A stretch of 64,000 nucleotides of DNA from a virus. Its lineage: Duplodnaviria > Heunggongvirae > Uroviricota > Caudoviricetes > Crassvirales. The position numbers and the translations under genes are program-made. The stretch is taken from the IMG/VR virus record IMGVR_UViG_2974732849_000001, one strand, 5' to 3'. Positions 32,148 through 41,012 of the stretch are shown here, piece after piece. Under the pieces are notes generated by a model that was not told where the DNA came from, did not search any database, and saw nothing but the letters and a program-made list of their open reading frames with translations. Every line of letters starts with the position of its first letter. The stretch's first letter is position 1.

Positions 32148-32336
32148 TTAACCGGCAGTCTTTTTCAAGGCCCTTATACCATACTCTCTGACTCCAATTA
32201 GTTTGCGTTTATGAAAATTCTCATCGAATAGTTTTTCAGCCTCAGAGATACTGTCGGCCTCTATAAACACTGTATCTTCAAACCCAAGCTTACCAATGTA
32301 GCTTATGAGGTAAAGTTTAATTTCTACAAGTTTCAT
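32148..32336 (-). CDS. hypothetical small protein
   Basis: 62-aa ORF. ATGA overlap with the upstream micro-ORF. Confidence 0.35.
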   Translation of the reverse strand: MKLVEIKLYLISYIGKLGFEDTVFIEADSISEAEKLFDENFHKRKLIGVREYGIRALKKTAG

Positions 32337-32440
32337 ATTCCTTCTCTATATTTCTTACATAAGTAGAGTAAGGCAAGGGCATATGCCTTATTGTAATTAC
32401 CCTTGCTTGCCTCTTCCATTATTCTATCCTCAAGATTCAT
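32333..32440 (-). CDS. micro-ORF (35 aa, MNLEDRIMEEASKG...)
   Basis: Not in the ORF track because it is under 60 aa. ATGA overlaps at both ends, consistent with translational coupling. Confidence 0.3.
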   Translation of the reverse strand: MNLEDRIMEEASKGNYNKAYALALLYLCKKYREGI

Positions 32441-32589
32441 GTACTAAGCATTGCTACTATTCCATTCTGACATCTGTTAGCTTCCTCCCATGCTGACTCC
32501 AAGTCCTCAAATACCAATACATCACATGTATCAGGGTCTCTTACAAGTTCAATGCTTCCATTAAAATCCTCTATCACTACTGCTCTCAT
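32437..32589 (-). CDS. micro-ORF (50 aa, MRAVVIEDFNGS...)
   Basis: Under 60 aa. ATGA overlaps with both neighbours. Confidence 0.3.
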   Translation of the reverse strand: MRAVVIEDFNGSIELVRDPDTCDVLVFEDLESAWEEANRCQNGIVAMLST

Positions 32590-32738
32590 ATTTGCTTAAG
32601 TTTAGTGCGGTCTTTACAATCTTCACACCAGCAATCATTACTCTCAAGAGTGTCCGTGACCTGCCCAGTATTAGGGTTTATCCATGCTTGCACTTGGATA
32701 TTAGTGCCACCACATTCACTGCAACAATACTTTGACAT
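32586..32738 (-). CDS. micro-ORF, zinc-ribbon peptide (50 aa, MSKYCCSECGG...CWCEDCKDR)
   Basis: CxxC...CxxC arrangement. ATGA overlap with the downstream micro-ORF. Confidence 0.35.
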   Translation of the reverse strand: MSKYCCSECGGTNIQVQAWINPNTGQVTDTLESNDCWCEDCKDRTKLKQI

Positions 32739-32768
32739 ACTCAATTATCTACTATACCTTTTCTCATA

Positions 32769-33113
32769 TTACTCTTCTATCACCTCAAAATCATCAACAC
32801 ACCAACCTTTAAGGTCATTGTATTGGTCATTATCAAATTCTCCCTTTACATATTTGTAGGCATCTTGTGGAAGTGTAATTTGCTCTTCTACTGCCCTTTT
32901 AAGGTCACATTTAGAGTAGTCTATATCCTCAAAATACTCACCATCCTCGTCCTTTCCAGAGTCAGTTATGCTATAATCGGATACTTTAATCTTAACAGTC
33001 TTACTAAGTGTGACACTTACTGTAACCTCAATTTCCCTTTCAGGATTGTCAACCTGATTCCAGGGTGCATCCTTAGTATCTGCACCCGGAGGATAATATC
33101 CACTCTCAGTCAT
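32769..33113 (-). CDS. acidic protein, possible HicB-like antitoxin partner
   Basis: 114 aa, strongly acidic, sits immediately downstream of the HicA-like gene with an ATGA overlap. GKDEDGEYFEDID weakly resembles the HicB N-terminus. Confidence 0.3.
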   Translation of the reverse strand: MTESGYYPPGADTKDAPWNQVDNPEREIEVTVSVTLSKTVKIKVSDYSITDSGKDEDGEYFEDIDYSKCDLKRAVEEQITLPQDAYKYVKGEFDNDQYNDLKGWCVDDFEVIEE

Positions 33114-33319
33114 TTTTTTTTCTTTTTCTTTTTGAAGTCTGTTACCAAGTTGTTCTCTTTAATTAGTCTTCGAGCAATTACACATTCAAGATTTCTAGGT
33201 ATGCTAATATGCCTTCCCTTGTCATTTACATAGATAGCATGGTCTCCACTATGTCTGCTATAGCGGAAACCATTAAATTTTACTATCCTTATAAACTCCC
33301 TTGATGTATATTGTCTCAT
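33110..33319 (-). CDS. hicA: HicA-like (YcfA family) mRNA-interferase toxin homologue with poly-Lys C-terminus
   Basis: SREFIRIVKFNGFRYSRHSGDHAIYVNDKGRHISIPRNLECVIARRLIKENNL matches the HicA pattern (..GF...R..GsH..y.n..gr..tiPrH..l....l..Ilkq.gl). The C-terminal KKKKKKK is coded by the A-tract that also precedes the next gene. Confidence 0.5.
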   Translation of the reverse strand: MRQYTSREFIRIVKFNGFRYSRHSGDHAIYVNDKGRHISIPRNLECVIARRLIKENNLVTDFKKKKKKK

Positions 33320-33323
33320 CTGT

Positions 33324-33545
33324 CTATTTTGTTCCTATATTCCTGACGAAGTCTTTGGTAATGTAAAATATGCTAACAAATATTATAATTATATTAAAGA
33401 TAGGAACCATAGAAAATCCTACATACTCACTTACTTGGTCATCATCTGTCTTATCGAGAAACTCTACATTATTGTAGTACCTTCCTAATAATGTGCAGAC
33501 AATGAGGGGTAAAATATAGAAGAAAATTATTATAAATGCTACCAT
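33324..33545 (-). CDS. small membrane protein (2 TM); ends with TAG
   Basis: 73 aa with two hydrophobic helices. Confidence 0.4.
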   Translation of the reverse strand: MVAFIIIFFYILPLIVCTLLGRYYNNVEFLDKTDDDQVSEYVGFSMVPIFNIIIIFVSIFYITKDFVRNIGTK

Positions 33546-34060
33546 ATCCCAATAAATTTATATGTTTTCTTATAAGTAGCTGTAGTTGCATCCTCACCAA
33601 TGGACTCTTGAAGTGGTACAATAGAGTCTTTATATTCAATACTATACCTAGTATCATCCTGAGGTGACAACTTACCAAGACTCCGTAGTTCATCTACAGT
33701 ACTATTATGAGCCTTTACACATCTCCTAACAAAATCATTCTCATGAGGCTTGAGGGTACCATCTATAACTACATCATAGCACTTCTTGAGGGCAGCGACA
33801 ATGAACTGCCTTCTCATAGCATTAACCAGCACTTCTCTTTCAGGAGCCTGATGCTTGCCAAGCATATTCCTAATGTCATTGTCTATGAACCAACTTATAG
33901 CATCATCCAATGTGTCCCCACTCCTCATGGTATATAGGATAATCTTATGCCCCTTTCTTACTAACTCCTTCAAGACAGAAACAGCACCATCCACATCCTC
34001 TCCTACCATTGGATACCTATGTTTAACACAAGTTCCATCAAAATCTACTGCTATTATCAT
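33539..34060 (-). CDS. HAD-superfamily phosphatase (nucleotidase/3'-phosphatase-like); ends with TAG
   Basis: N-terminal IAVDFDGTC is HAD motif I (DxDGT). Confidence 0.55.
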   Translation of the reverse strand: MIIAVDFDGTCVKHRYPMVGEDVDGAVSVLKELVRKGHKIILYTMRSGDTLDDAISWFIDNDIRNMLGKHQAPEREVLVNAMRRQFIVAALKKCYDVVIDGTLKPHENDFVRRCVKAHNSTVDELRSLGKLSPQDDTRYSIEYKDSIVPLQESIGEDATTATYKKTYKFIGIW

Positions 34061-34323
34061 AATTGCTCAGCTATTTTCTTGAGTAAATCAGACTTGGAAG
34101 TGAACCAAGACTTTCCTATTTCAGAATCCCTTACATCTGTAGCATAACAATTACTAATTGTATTGGATATTTTGTAAGTAGTATGAATTTCTGGAGAATG
34201 ACTTACATTCTGCTCAAAAACACTTCGTATATTCACTACAACTTCCCTCTTAATCTTGAAGTTTTCATCAAGACTGTACAATGTAGTACCAATGTCCAAG
34301 ATATTTTCTAGTTCTACCTTCAT
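34057..34323 (-). CDS. hypothetical protein
   Basis: 88-aa ORF. In frame with the upstream gene across two TAG codons. Confidence 0.35.
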   Translation of the reverse strand: MKVELENILDIGTTLYSLDENFKIKREVVVNIRSVFEQNVSHSPEIHTTYKISNTISNCYATDVRDSEIGKSWFTSKSDLLKKIAEQL

Positions 34324-34359
34324 AAACTTTCCTTTCTAAGTAAAAGAAAAGGAAGGATG

Positions 34360-34797
34360 CTATTCAGCACCCTTCCTAGTTTTATTTAACCACATAACAG
34401 TCATTATAGCATAATTTGCAAGGTCAAGAAGAGTATCTTTAATAGATTCATCATTAACCATTGCTTCCTTATTTGTAAGAGACTCGATTCTATTCATCTT
34501 ATCTCCCATCCTTACTATTGATGCTACAATGCCAAATTTATCAAGAGACTTGTCAAAGCTATTACCATAGTCATGATTCTTGGCTGCATAAGTCTTAGCC
34601 ATGTTATTGGTAATCTCAGTGAACCTCTCCACACTTTCAGCCAGTTTAGGTCTGCTGCCTAACATTCTGATTCCTTCCTTTACCCCTTTTAAGAGAGAAA
34701 GGCCAATTTCTGTCCTACCAGAATCTTTATATGCAGTAATAGCTGCATCCAACCTATCAATGAGGTTCTGATATTCCTTGTTTATTGTTACTTCCAT
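34360..34797 (-). CDS. hypothetical protein (KNHDYGNSF motif; possibly all-alpha NTP pyrophosphohydrolase-like); ends with TAG
   Basis: 145 aa, predicted helical. Weak resemblance only. Confidence 0.3.
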   Translation of the reverse strand: MEVTINKEYQNLIDRLDAAITAYKDSGRTEIGLSLLKGVKEGIRMLGSRPKLAESVERFTEITNNMAKTYAAKNHDYGNSFDKSLDKFGIVASIVRMGDKMNRIESLTNKEAMVNDESIKDTLLDLANYAIMTVMWLNKTRKGAE

Positions 34798-34824
34798 TTC
34801 TTCACTTTATTAATTACTTAAATC

Positions 34825-37137
34825 TCAATGAACCCAACATGATGCAATCTCAGGCACAGCTTTGATAGTTACCTTCTTGCAAAAGATAGATGCTGCATAC
34901 TCCATACATTCACTTAACTTCTTGGCTTCCTGTTCAGCTATCTCTTCAGGAGGCTCAATTAGATACTCATCATGAACATCATTGGGAATCAGAACTTTAA
35001 ATATAAGCCCATCATCCACAAGATGATTGAAGTATTTAATGCCAGCTATCTTGGTCATGGCAGCAGCAGTACCCTGTGAAGGGTAATTGCATGATTGACT
35101 GTCAGATGCACTTTTTCTTTTCCACAAGTGCTTCATCACTGACACATATACAGTCTCCCTGTTAATGTCAATAAACTTCTCCTCTACCTTACCTGCCTTC
35201 TTGACTTTATATGAGTATCTGATAGCTATCTCCTCAATAGGGACTCCTTGAGCAAACTTCTTTGCAATCTCTTGCATGATAGATGGAGGAATCTCGGATA
35301 TTACTCTGCCACTATCTCTTGCAGCTTTGTATATATCCCAAAAAGAATCTCCCATACTATTCTTTCTTCTCTCTATACCTTTTAGTATAGGGTAGTCATA
35401 GATGTATGCCCTTAATCCGGTTATCTTTGAGATTAGGATATAGCCCCTATCCCACATATCCCTCTTTTGTACCTTGAAATAGCTTGCTATACCATTAAAT
35501 CTCTTGAAGTAGTTATTTTGAATCTCAGTAGCAAAATCCACAGGAATATTACAATTAGCTGCCATTGTAGGAGCCTGGCCATTATAATTGAAACAGAACC
35601 TTGCCTTCTTAGCCAAATCCCTAAGGTCTTTTCTCACCTTCTTGACCTGCCCTTCCTCAATACCATCAAGGTCTTTGGGGAAACACATCTTGGCTACAAA
35701 GGAATGCCCATCTCTCTCATTAGGGTCATTATAGAATGCAATCCATTCCCTATCATTGGATAGTTCAGTGAACACATGTCCTTCTTGGTCCCCATAATCA
35801 CAGTCTACCAGCAAGTGACCCTCTTCAGGCACAAATGCTGCCCTTGTCTCCTCTGTGGCTGGAAGCTGCTGGATATTGACACTTTTATCATTTGTCTGTG
35901 TAGTGGTATTCTTATCCTCATCCTCTTCTGCAATGTCATCATCTTTTGTCTTGCCTCCTCTACCCTTTCCTCCTGAGCCACAAGATAACCTCCCTGTATC
36001 CATCATCTGATTGAATGTTGGATGGATTCTCTGTGTTACTGGATTAATGGCATCAAGGAAATTCTGACCAAAAGATGTCACTACTTTAAAAGCTGCCGAA
36101 TACTCAAGGTATAAGGGAACAATATCACTTTTATCCTTTTGCATTTCTATATACTTGGACTCTACAGACTCCCTCATCTTACCTGTCTTCTTATCCTTGA
36201 CCAACAAGTCAAACCCAAGTTCCTTGAATAGCCTGATTACCTGTTTGGAACTACTCCAATCAATAATACATTGAGGTCCTGTATCAAACTCAGAGAATAA
36301 GGAGGGTGCAGGGATTGCAACATATACACCCTCTTTGAGCTTGGCAGGCTTGCCCTTTTTATGGGAATCATAATTCCTTTGTATTAGGGAAGGGTCATTC
36401 TTGTCTAACACATACTTGATAACCCAATCATTAAGCCTCTGCTCTGCAACCCTTAACCTCTCCTTATCCTTGACCATTTTAGCTTTCCACCTAGATGGGT
36501 CAAGTCTAATGCCACAAAATTCAATATATGCAAGGACTCTTACAAACTTGTTCTCTATTTCAAGAGCATTCTGCTGTCCCCTCTGTGCTATTATCTTCAT
36601 TTGGGCATTCATTATATCCTCAAGATATACTACGTCATTTGCTGCATAGACTATGACTTCCTCTGTTACACCTGCATGTATCTTTCCTCTCACAGTCTTA
36701 TCCAAATAAACATGCAGGTACCTGTCACAACATGCCTGTAAAGACAGGGATACAATGCCGGGTGGAAATCCAAGGAATAGAATCTTCTCACCTAAATAAG
36801 TGTCATAGACATTTCTAATTACAATGTGTTCCTTATACAGCCATCTCAAGTCAAATTTTGCATTGTGGATGATGAACAGCCTATTACTTTCAAGATAGTC
36901 CTTGTACTGATTAATATCAACAGTTGTGCAATCTATCACCACTTGGTCTTCCTTATTTCCAAGTTGAAGAAGAAGCAGTCTCCCTGTCCATATCTCAGTC
37001 CCTGTAGTCTCAGTATCAAGCCCTACAATACTTAATGGATTCAGTACTTCAAATGACTCCTCTACAGTTATACACTTATACTTAGCACCTGAATACCCAC
37101 CAAATAATTCCCTCTGTCCAGTAACATAGTATATCAT
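34825..37137 (-). CDS. family-A DNA polymerase with 3'-5' exonuclease domain
   Basis: Exo I LDTETTG. Motif A VDCDYGDQEGH. Motif B RDLAKKARFCFNYNGQ. Motif C NDVHDEYLIE. Confidence 0.85.
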   Translation of the reverse strand: MIYYVTGQRELFGGYSGAKYKCITVEESFEVLNPLSIVGLDTETTGTEIWTGRLLLLQLGNKEDQVVIDCTTVDINQYKDYLESNRLFIIHNAKFDLRWLYKEHIVIRNVYDTYLGEKILFLGFPPGIVSLSLQACCDRYLHVYLDKTVRGKIHAGVTEEVIVYAANDVVYLEDIMNAQMKIIAQRGQQNALEIENKFVRVLAYIEFCGIRLDPSRWKAKMVKDKERLRVAEQRLNDWVIKYVLDKNDPSLIQRNYDSHKKGKPAKLKEGVYVAIPAPSLFSEFDTGPQCIIDWSSSKQVIRLFKELGFDLLVKDKKTGKMRESVESKYIEMQKDKSDIVPLYLEYSAAFKVVTSFGQNFLDAINPVTQRIHPTFNQMMDTGRLSCGSGGKGRGGKTKDDDIAEEDEDKNTTTQTNDKSVNIQQLPATEETRAAFVPEEGHLLVDCDYGDQEGHVFTELSNDREWIAFYNDPNERDGHSFVAKMCFPKDLDGIEEGQVKKVRKDLRDLAKKARFCFNYNGQAPTMAANCNIPVDFATEIQNNYFKRFNGIASYFKVQKRDMWDRGYILISKITGLRAYIYDYPILKGIERRKNSMGDSFWDIYKAARDSGRVISEIPPSIMQEIAKKFAQGVPIEEIAIRYSYKVKKAGKVEEKFIDINRETVYVSVMKHLWKRKSASDSQSCNYPSQGTAAAMTKIAGIKYFNHLVDDGLIFKVLIPNDVHDEYLIEPPEEIAEQEAKKLSECMEYAASIFCKKVTIKAVPEIASCWVH

Positions 37138-37706
37138 TTCCTAATATAGGCTACCAATGATTTGAAATCAATCACATATTTGTACTTCTGAAAAAACAGG
37201 CTTCCCAATATACCATGTAATTGAACACCTGAATCTTCCTTAACCTGCCTGAATGCACTATCCATATTAAGTATGGTAAAAGTGTCTTCAAAGGAATTAT
37301 CCTTATACTTGACTTCCATGGTACATGTAGGCATGCTTGATTTAACCTCTCCATCTATACCAAAGGTATCCAAGTTTTCAGTGCATTCCTTGTAATCCAA
37401 ATCCTTGATAACAGACTTGTTGATTATAGAGTTATTGGCTCCTGTATCTAACAGGAAATTCAATTTCTTTCCATTATTATAGAAAGTTATTATGGGCAAC
37501 TCCACCAAGTCCATTGACTCTTTGAATGACATATGAGGCTCACCATTCCTTTTATGGTCTTCGACTGCATTGACAATCAAAGCTACAAAAGCTACTATAG
37601 CAAACGTAATTAATAGTTCCAATATAAACATCTTCCATGCTTTTTTTTTATTATTTAACTCCGGTAGAACCAAATCCTCCTCTATTCTCTTCTCCCAAAT
37701 CATCAA
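37134..37706 (-). CDS. membrane-anchored retropepsin-like (clan AA) aspartic protease; start possibly at the internal ATG at about 37631
   Basis: One TM helix (FILELLITFAIVAFVALIV), then LLDTGANNSII (DTG active-site motif) and ILGSLFF. An A9 tract sits just upstream of the internal ATG. Confidence 0.5.
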   Translation of the reverse strand: MMIWEKRIEEDLVLPELNNKKKAWKMFILELLITFAIVAFVALIVNAVEDHKRNGEPHMSFKESMDLVELPIITFYNNGKKLNFLLDTGANNSIINKSVIKDLDYKECTENLDTFGIDGEVKSSMPTCTMEVKYKDNSFEDTFTILNMDSAFRQVKEDSGVQLHGILGSLFFQKYKYVIDFKSLVAYIRK

Positions 37707-38202
37707 CCTCTACAAGCTCAATACCAGAGCTAAGCAACCACTTAAGCTTCTGCCATATAGTAGCCTTCTGACTAAGCTGTATCCTAAACTGGCATATCCT
37801 GTCACCACTATTAATGGTAGTATTCTCCATAGGAGAACATATATAATGCCACTCATCTGCATTGCCACTATAACTGTTGTCTACTATACCCTCTCCATTA
37901 GGGATAAACACTTTCAATTTATCAGGAGCACTACTTCTGGAGGCTATAATAGCCTCAAATCCCTTTGGCAGCTTTATTGCCACTCCAAGAGGAATATAAT
38001 AAACAGGTATCTTTACCTCTCTATGACCCTCTGCTACTCCATTAACAGTTCTCCTCTTTAATGTGTTGGCCTGAGAAGCACTCAATTCAACTGTTTCAGC
38101 ACTTCTCAAATCAATCCAATCTCCCTTTTCACTAATTGAAGGCATGCATCCTCCAGTCAATACTTTTACTTTAATCTTTAGTCTCATCTTTCCAAAATTC
38201 AC
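37651..38202 (-). CDS. dut: dUTP pyrophosphatase
   Basis: Motif 3 GIVDNSYSG and motif 5 RGGFGSTG. Confidence 0.8.
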   Translation of the reverse strand: MNFGKMRLKIKVKVLTGGCMPSISEKGDWIDLRSAETVELSASQANTLKRRTVNGVAEGHREVKIPVYYIPLGVAIKLPKGFEAIIASRSSAPDKLKVFIPNGEGIVDNSYSGNADEWHYICSPMENTTINSGDRICQFRIQLSQKATIWQKLKWLLSSGIELVEVDDLGEENRGGFGSTGVK

Positions 38203-38800
38203 TTGTCACATCTATAGTATAATACCTCTCTTCTTTTTTCAAATTAGGATATTCATGTATTGCCTTGCATACCCAGTAGAACCTTTGATTTGTGCCCCTT
38301 CTTGTAAGTGGGCCATACTCTTCCATATATGGGCCAAGTTTGATATAGTCAAAGTTTTTCAGGTCAATTTCATCAGCCTGAATATCCCTGCCACTATACC
38401 ATGCAACCTTTATATTGTTCCACTCTTTTAAGCTCATGCTACGTTTCTTCTTTACAAACTCTGCAAGCCTGTTTATGCTCTCAGGGTCTGAATCTCCACC
38501 CATAAATGCAATGCAGGTAATACCCTTATTGGCAAGTACCATCTCCTCTAAAGCATCTTCATCCAATATTTCCCCAATGTCCTCTGCCAAGTAAGGGCTA
38601 TGGCAGCCCTTACAATGGCATGGACAATTAGAGATATTTATGGCTAAAGTAACTTCATTTGGTACCTCTGCAAAAACTATCTTAGTATCTACATATTTCA
38701 ACATAATTTTCCACGTGATGTAATCATTATTGCAAGATACAGTCCTACCAACAATAGTAGTGGAATCCATAAAGGACTTAGGATTAGCCACCATGGCCAA
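38171..38800 (-). CDS. nrdG: anaerobic ribonucleotide reductase activating protein (radical SAM)
   Basis: CPCHCKGC, a CX3CX2C radical-SAM cluster motif. It sits directly downstream of nrdD. Confidence 0.7.
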   Translation of the reverse strand: MAMVANPKSFMDSTTIVGRTVSCNNDYITWKIMLKYVDTKIVFAEVPNEVTLAINISNCPCHCKGCHSPYLAEDIGEILDEDALEEMVLANKGITCIAFMGGDSDPESINRLAEFVKKKRSMSLKEWNNIKVAWYSGRDIQADEIDLKNFDYIKLGPYMEEYGPLTRRGTNQRFYWVCKAIHEYPNLKKEERYYTIDVTSEFWKDETKD

Positions 38801-38848
38801 CTAATGACACCACATAGCTTCAGAACTACAAGAACCACTGCTACCATA

Positions 38849-41002
38849 CTAATCCATCTTTCCATATACTCTCCTTCCTGCCTCTATCTGCCTGTCTTCA
38901 CCAAAGCTCTTTATGGGTCTCAGATACCCTATAACCCTTGTGTATTGGGTAATGTTCTTGCTATGGCACTTGGGACATTCAGTAATAGGATGCTTGGTAA
39001 TGTAACCACAAGTATCACACTTACTATTAGGAATATTAAATGTGAAGTAGTTAGTTCCATTAGCTATAGCAAAATCTATAAGCTTGAGATACTGCTCCTT
39101 GCTGAGATGGTCTTCAAGATTGATATGGGCTGCACTTCCCCCATCAGTATATTGGTAAGTCTGTCTTCCATGAAGAATGAACTTATCAAGCACTGAGGTA
39201 TCATCATGTGCATTATAGAAGTATGAGTTATACAGGTTCTCATCTTCTGGGACCCAATAGCCATCTTCCTTATCCCAGTTATAATTCTTTCCTCCTAATC
39301 CCTCAGCAGGTACTACCTCAGAATTAAATAGGAATGGCCTGTTTTTATCATGTATAGAATGTATCTTATTCTGTTCTTTAATAGTTCCAAGTACAAGTTG
39401 AAGGAATTTGATATATTCCTCATTGTTACTTACCTTAAGTCCCAAGAACCTAGCAGCCTCATTCAGGCCATTAATACCTATGGTAGAGTATAATTTGCTG
39501 ATATGGATATATCCTCCATTTGAAGCTGCAAACATTCCTCTCTCTTCCATTTCATATAACATGGTCTTGAAGGCTATATGATACTTGTAGACTCTTTCGA
39601 GAATACTTGTTAGGTACCTCTTGAACTCACTAGAATTAAAACACCCAAAGTCATTACCTCTGACCATACTGTGAAAGTTCTGAATGATTCTATTCATGTT
39701 AAGAGTGATTACATTGCAACTACCAGTCATAACACCAGTCAACCCACTTGTAGGGTTGAAGGTATTCTCTGCAAGCTCATTTCTCAATCTACAACATGAT
39801 GCAAGACTATCAGCACTATCTGATATATAGGTGAAGAAGCTATGACCTTCTGCATACATTTCAGCAGTAAAGTCTTTATAGTCTTTGTCTATAATATCAT
39901 TGGTCTTAGGGTCATACACCATAGCCATTGTCTCTACAGGGAATGTAAGAATCTGTTTGGTTCTCAGCTTATTGAAGAATTTCATAAACAGCCTTTGCAG
40001 ACAGTCTATTGCCTCCCATTGGGGCTTGGTTCCATCAGGATAATAGAACTCCCCAAACAGAGAATCAAAATATGTGTGGTCATAATAAGATACATTGGTG
40101 AAAGGAGACTGATAACTCCTATTACCAGCAGGCTGGTTTACACCATAGATGAATTGCTTGAATGCTTTGTATATGGCATCTCTTACGGTTCTTTGCTTAG
40201 TACAAGCTCTTGAAGTAATTACATCATCCAATCTAATGAACCAATCACCGCCAAACTCCTGTATAACATAGTAATTTAGTGCAATAAAGTATTCACCTAC
40301 TGCTACTGCCCCCTTACATTGAGAGGATAACAGGAAGATAAGATTAGTTACTTGACCACTAAATGACTGTAAATCATTGGGTGGTGTCGGTGTAATACTA
40401 TCAATGTTTCCCACACCCTCTGTCATAAGGGGATATAAGCTTACAGCCATGCAATACTGCTTTAATACAGGAGTAGTAGCCTCATCATGTGTATAGATTA
40501 TATGAGAGTTCAGGTCTTTCTCATACTTTTTGGCCACTTCAGGATACATCTCATTCAGCTTGTCTTTCATTCTTTGCCTTTGTATAACCCTGTTAGTAGT
40601 CTTATATACCTCACCTTCAAGGTTGGCAACATTCTTCACAGTCACATTTGCATTTGCATCTGTTTCTGAAGAAGAGGCAGCATTTTCATCAGATTGGCTA
40701 TACTCATTCATATAGTCAATCCTCTCCTTGATAAACCTAGCCTGTTTGTGCTGTTCCCTATAGATAATATAGCTCTTTGCCACGTCAAAGAATCTCTCAT
40801 TCATGAGAATATCTTCCACATGATTCTGTATCTCCTCAATACCTATCACATCTCCTTCTAGTGTGCCAAATAAGGCATCAATCATTGGCTTTATGTACTG
40901 AGGCATCTCCTTATGGCAGGACTCAAATGCCTTTGCAACTGCTGTAGCAATCTTGTCTATATTGAACTCCTCTCTACTTCCATCTCTTTTTACTACTTGC
41001 AT
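38849..41002 (-). CDS. nrdD: anaerobic (class III) ribonucleoside-triphosphate reductase
   Basis: C-terminal glycine-radical motif TRVIGYLRP and zinc ribbon CDTCGY...CPKCHS. 717 aa. Confidence 0.75.
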   Translation of the reverse strand: MQVVKRDGSREEFNIDKIATAVAKAFESCHKEMPQYIKPMIDALFGTLEGDVIGIEEIQNHVEDILMNERFFDVAKSYIIYREQHKQARFIKERIDYMNEYSQSDENAASSSETDANANVTVKNVANLEGEVYKTTNRVIQRQRMKDKLNEMYPEVAKKYEKDLNSHIIYTHDEATTPVLKQYCMAVSLYPLMTEGVGNIDSITPTPPNDLQSFSGQVTNLIFLLSSQCKGAVAVGEYFIALNYYVIQEFGGDWFIRLDDVITSRACTKQRTVRDAIYKAFKQFIYGVNQPAGNRSYQSPFTNVSYYDHTYFDSLFGEFYYPDGTKPQWEAIDCLQRLFMKFFNKLRTKQILTFPVETMAMVYDPKTNDIIDKDYKDFTAEMYAEGHSFFTYISDSADSLASCCRLRNELAENTFNPTSGLTGVMTGSCNVITLNMNRIIQNFHSMVRGNDFGCFNSSEFKRYLTSILERVYKYHIAFKTMLYEMEERGMFAASNGGYIHISKLYSTIGINGLNEAARFLGLKVSNNEEYIKFLQLVLGTIKEQNKIHSIHDKNRPFLFNSEVVPAEGLGGKNYNWDKEDGYWVPEDENLYNSYFYNAHDDTSVLDKFILHGRQTYQYTDGGSAAHINLEDHLSKEQYLKLIDFAIANGTNYFTFNIPNSKCDTCGYITKHPITECPKCHSKNITQYTRVIGYLRPIKSFGEDRQIEAGRRVYGKMD

Positions 41003-41012
41003 ACTTTTTTTT

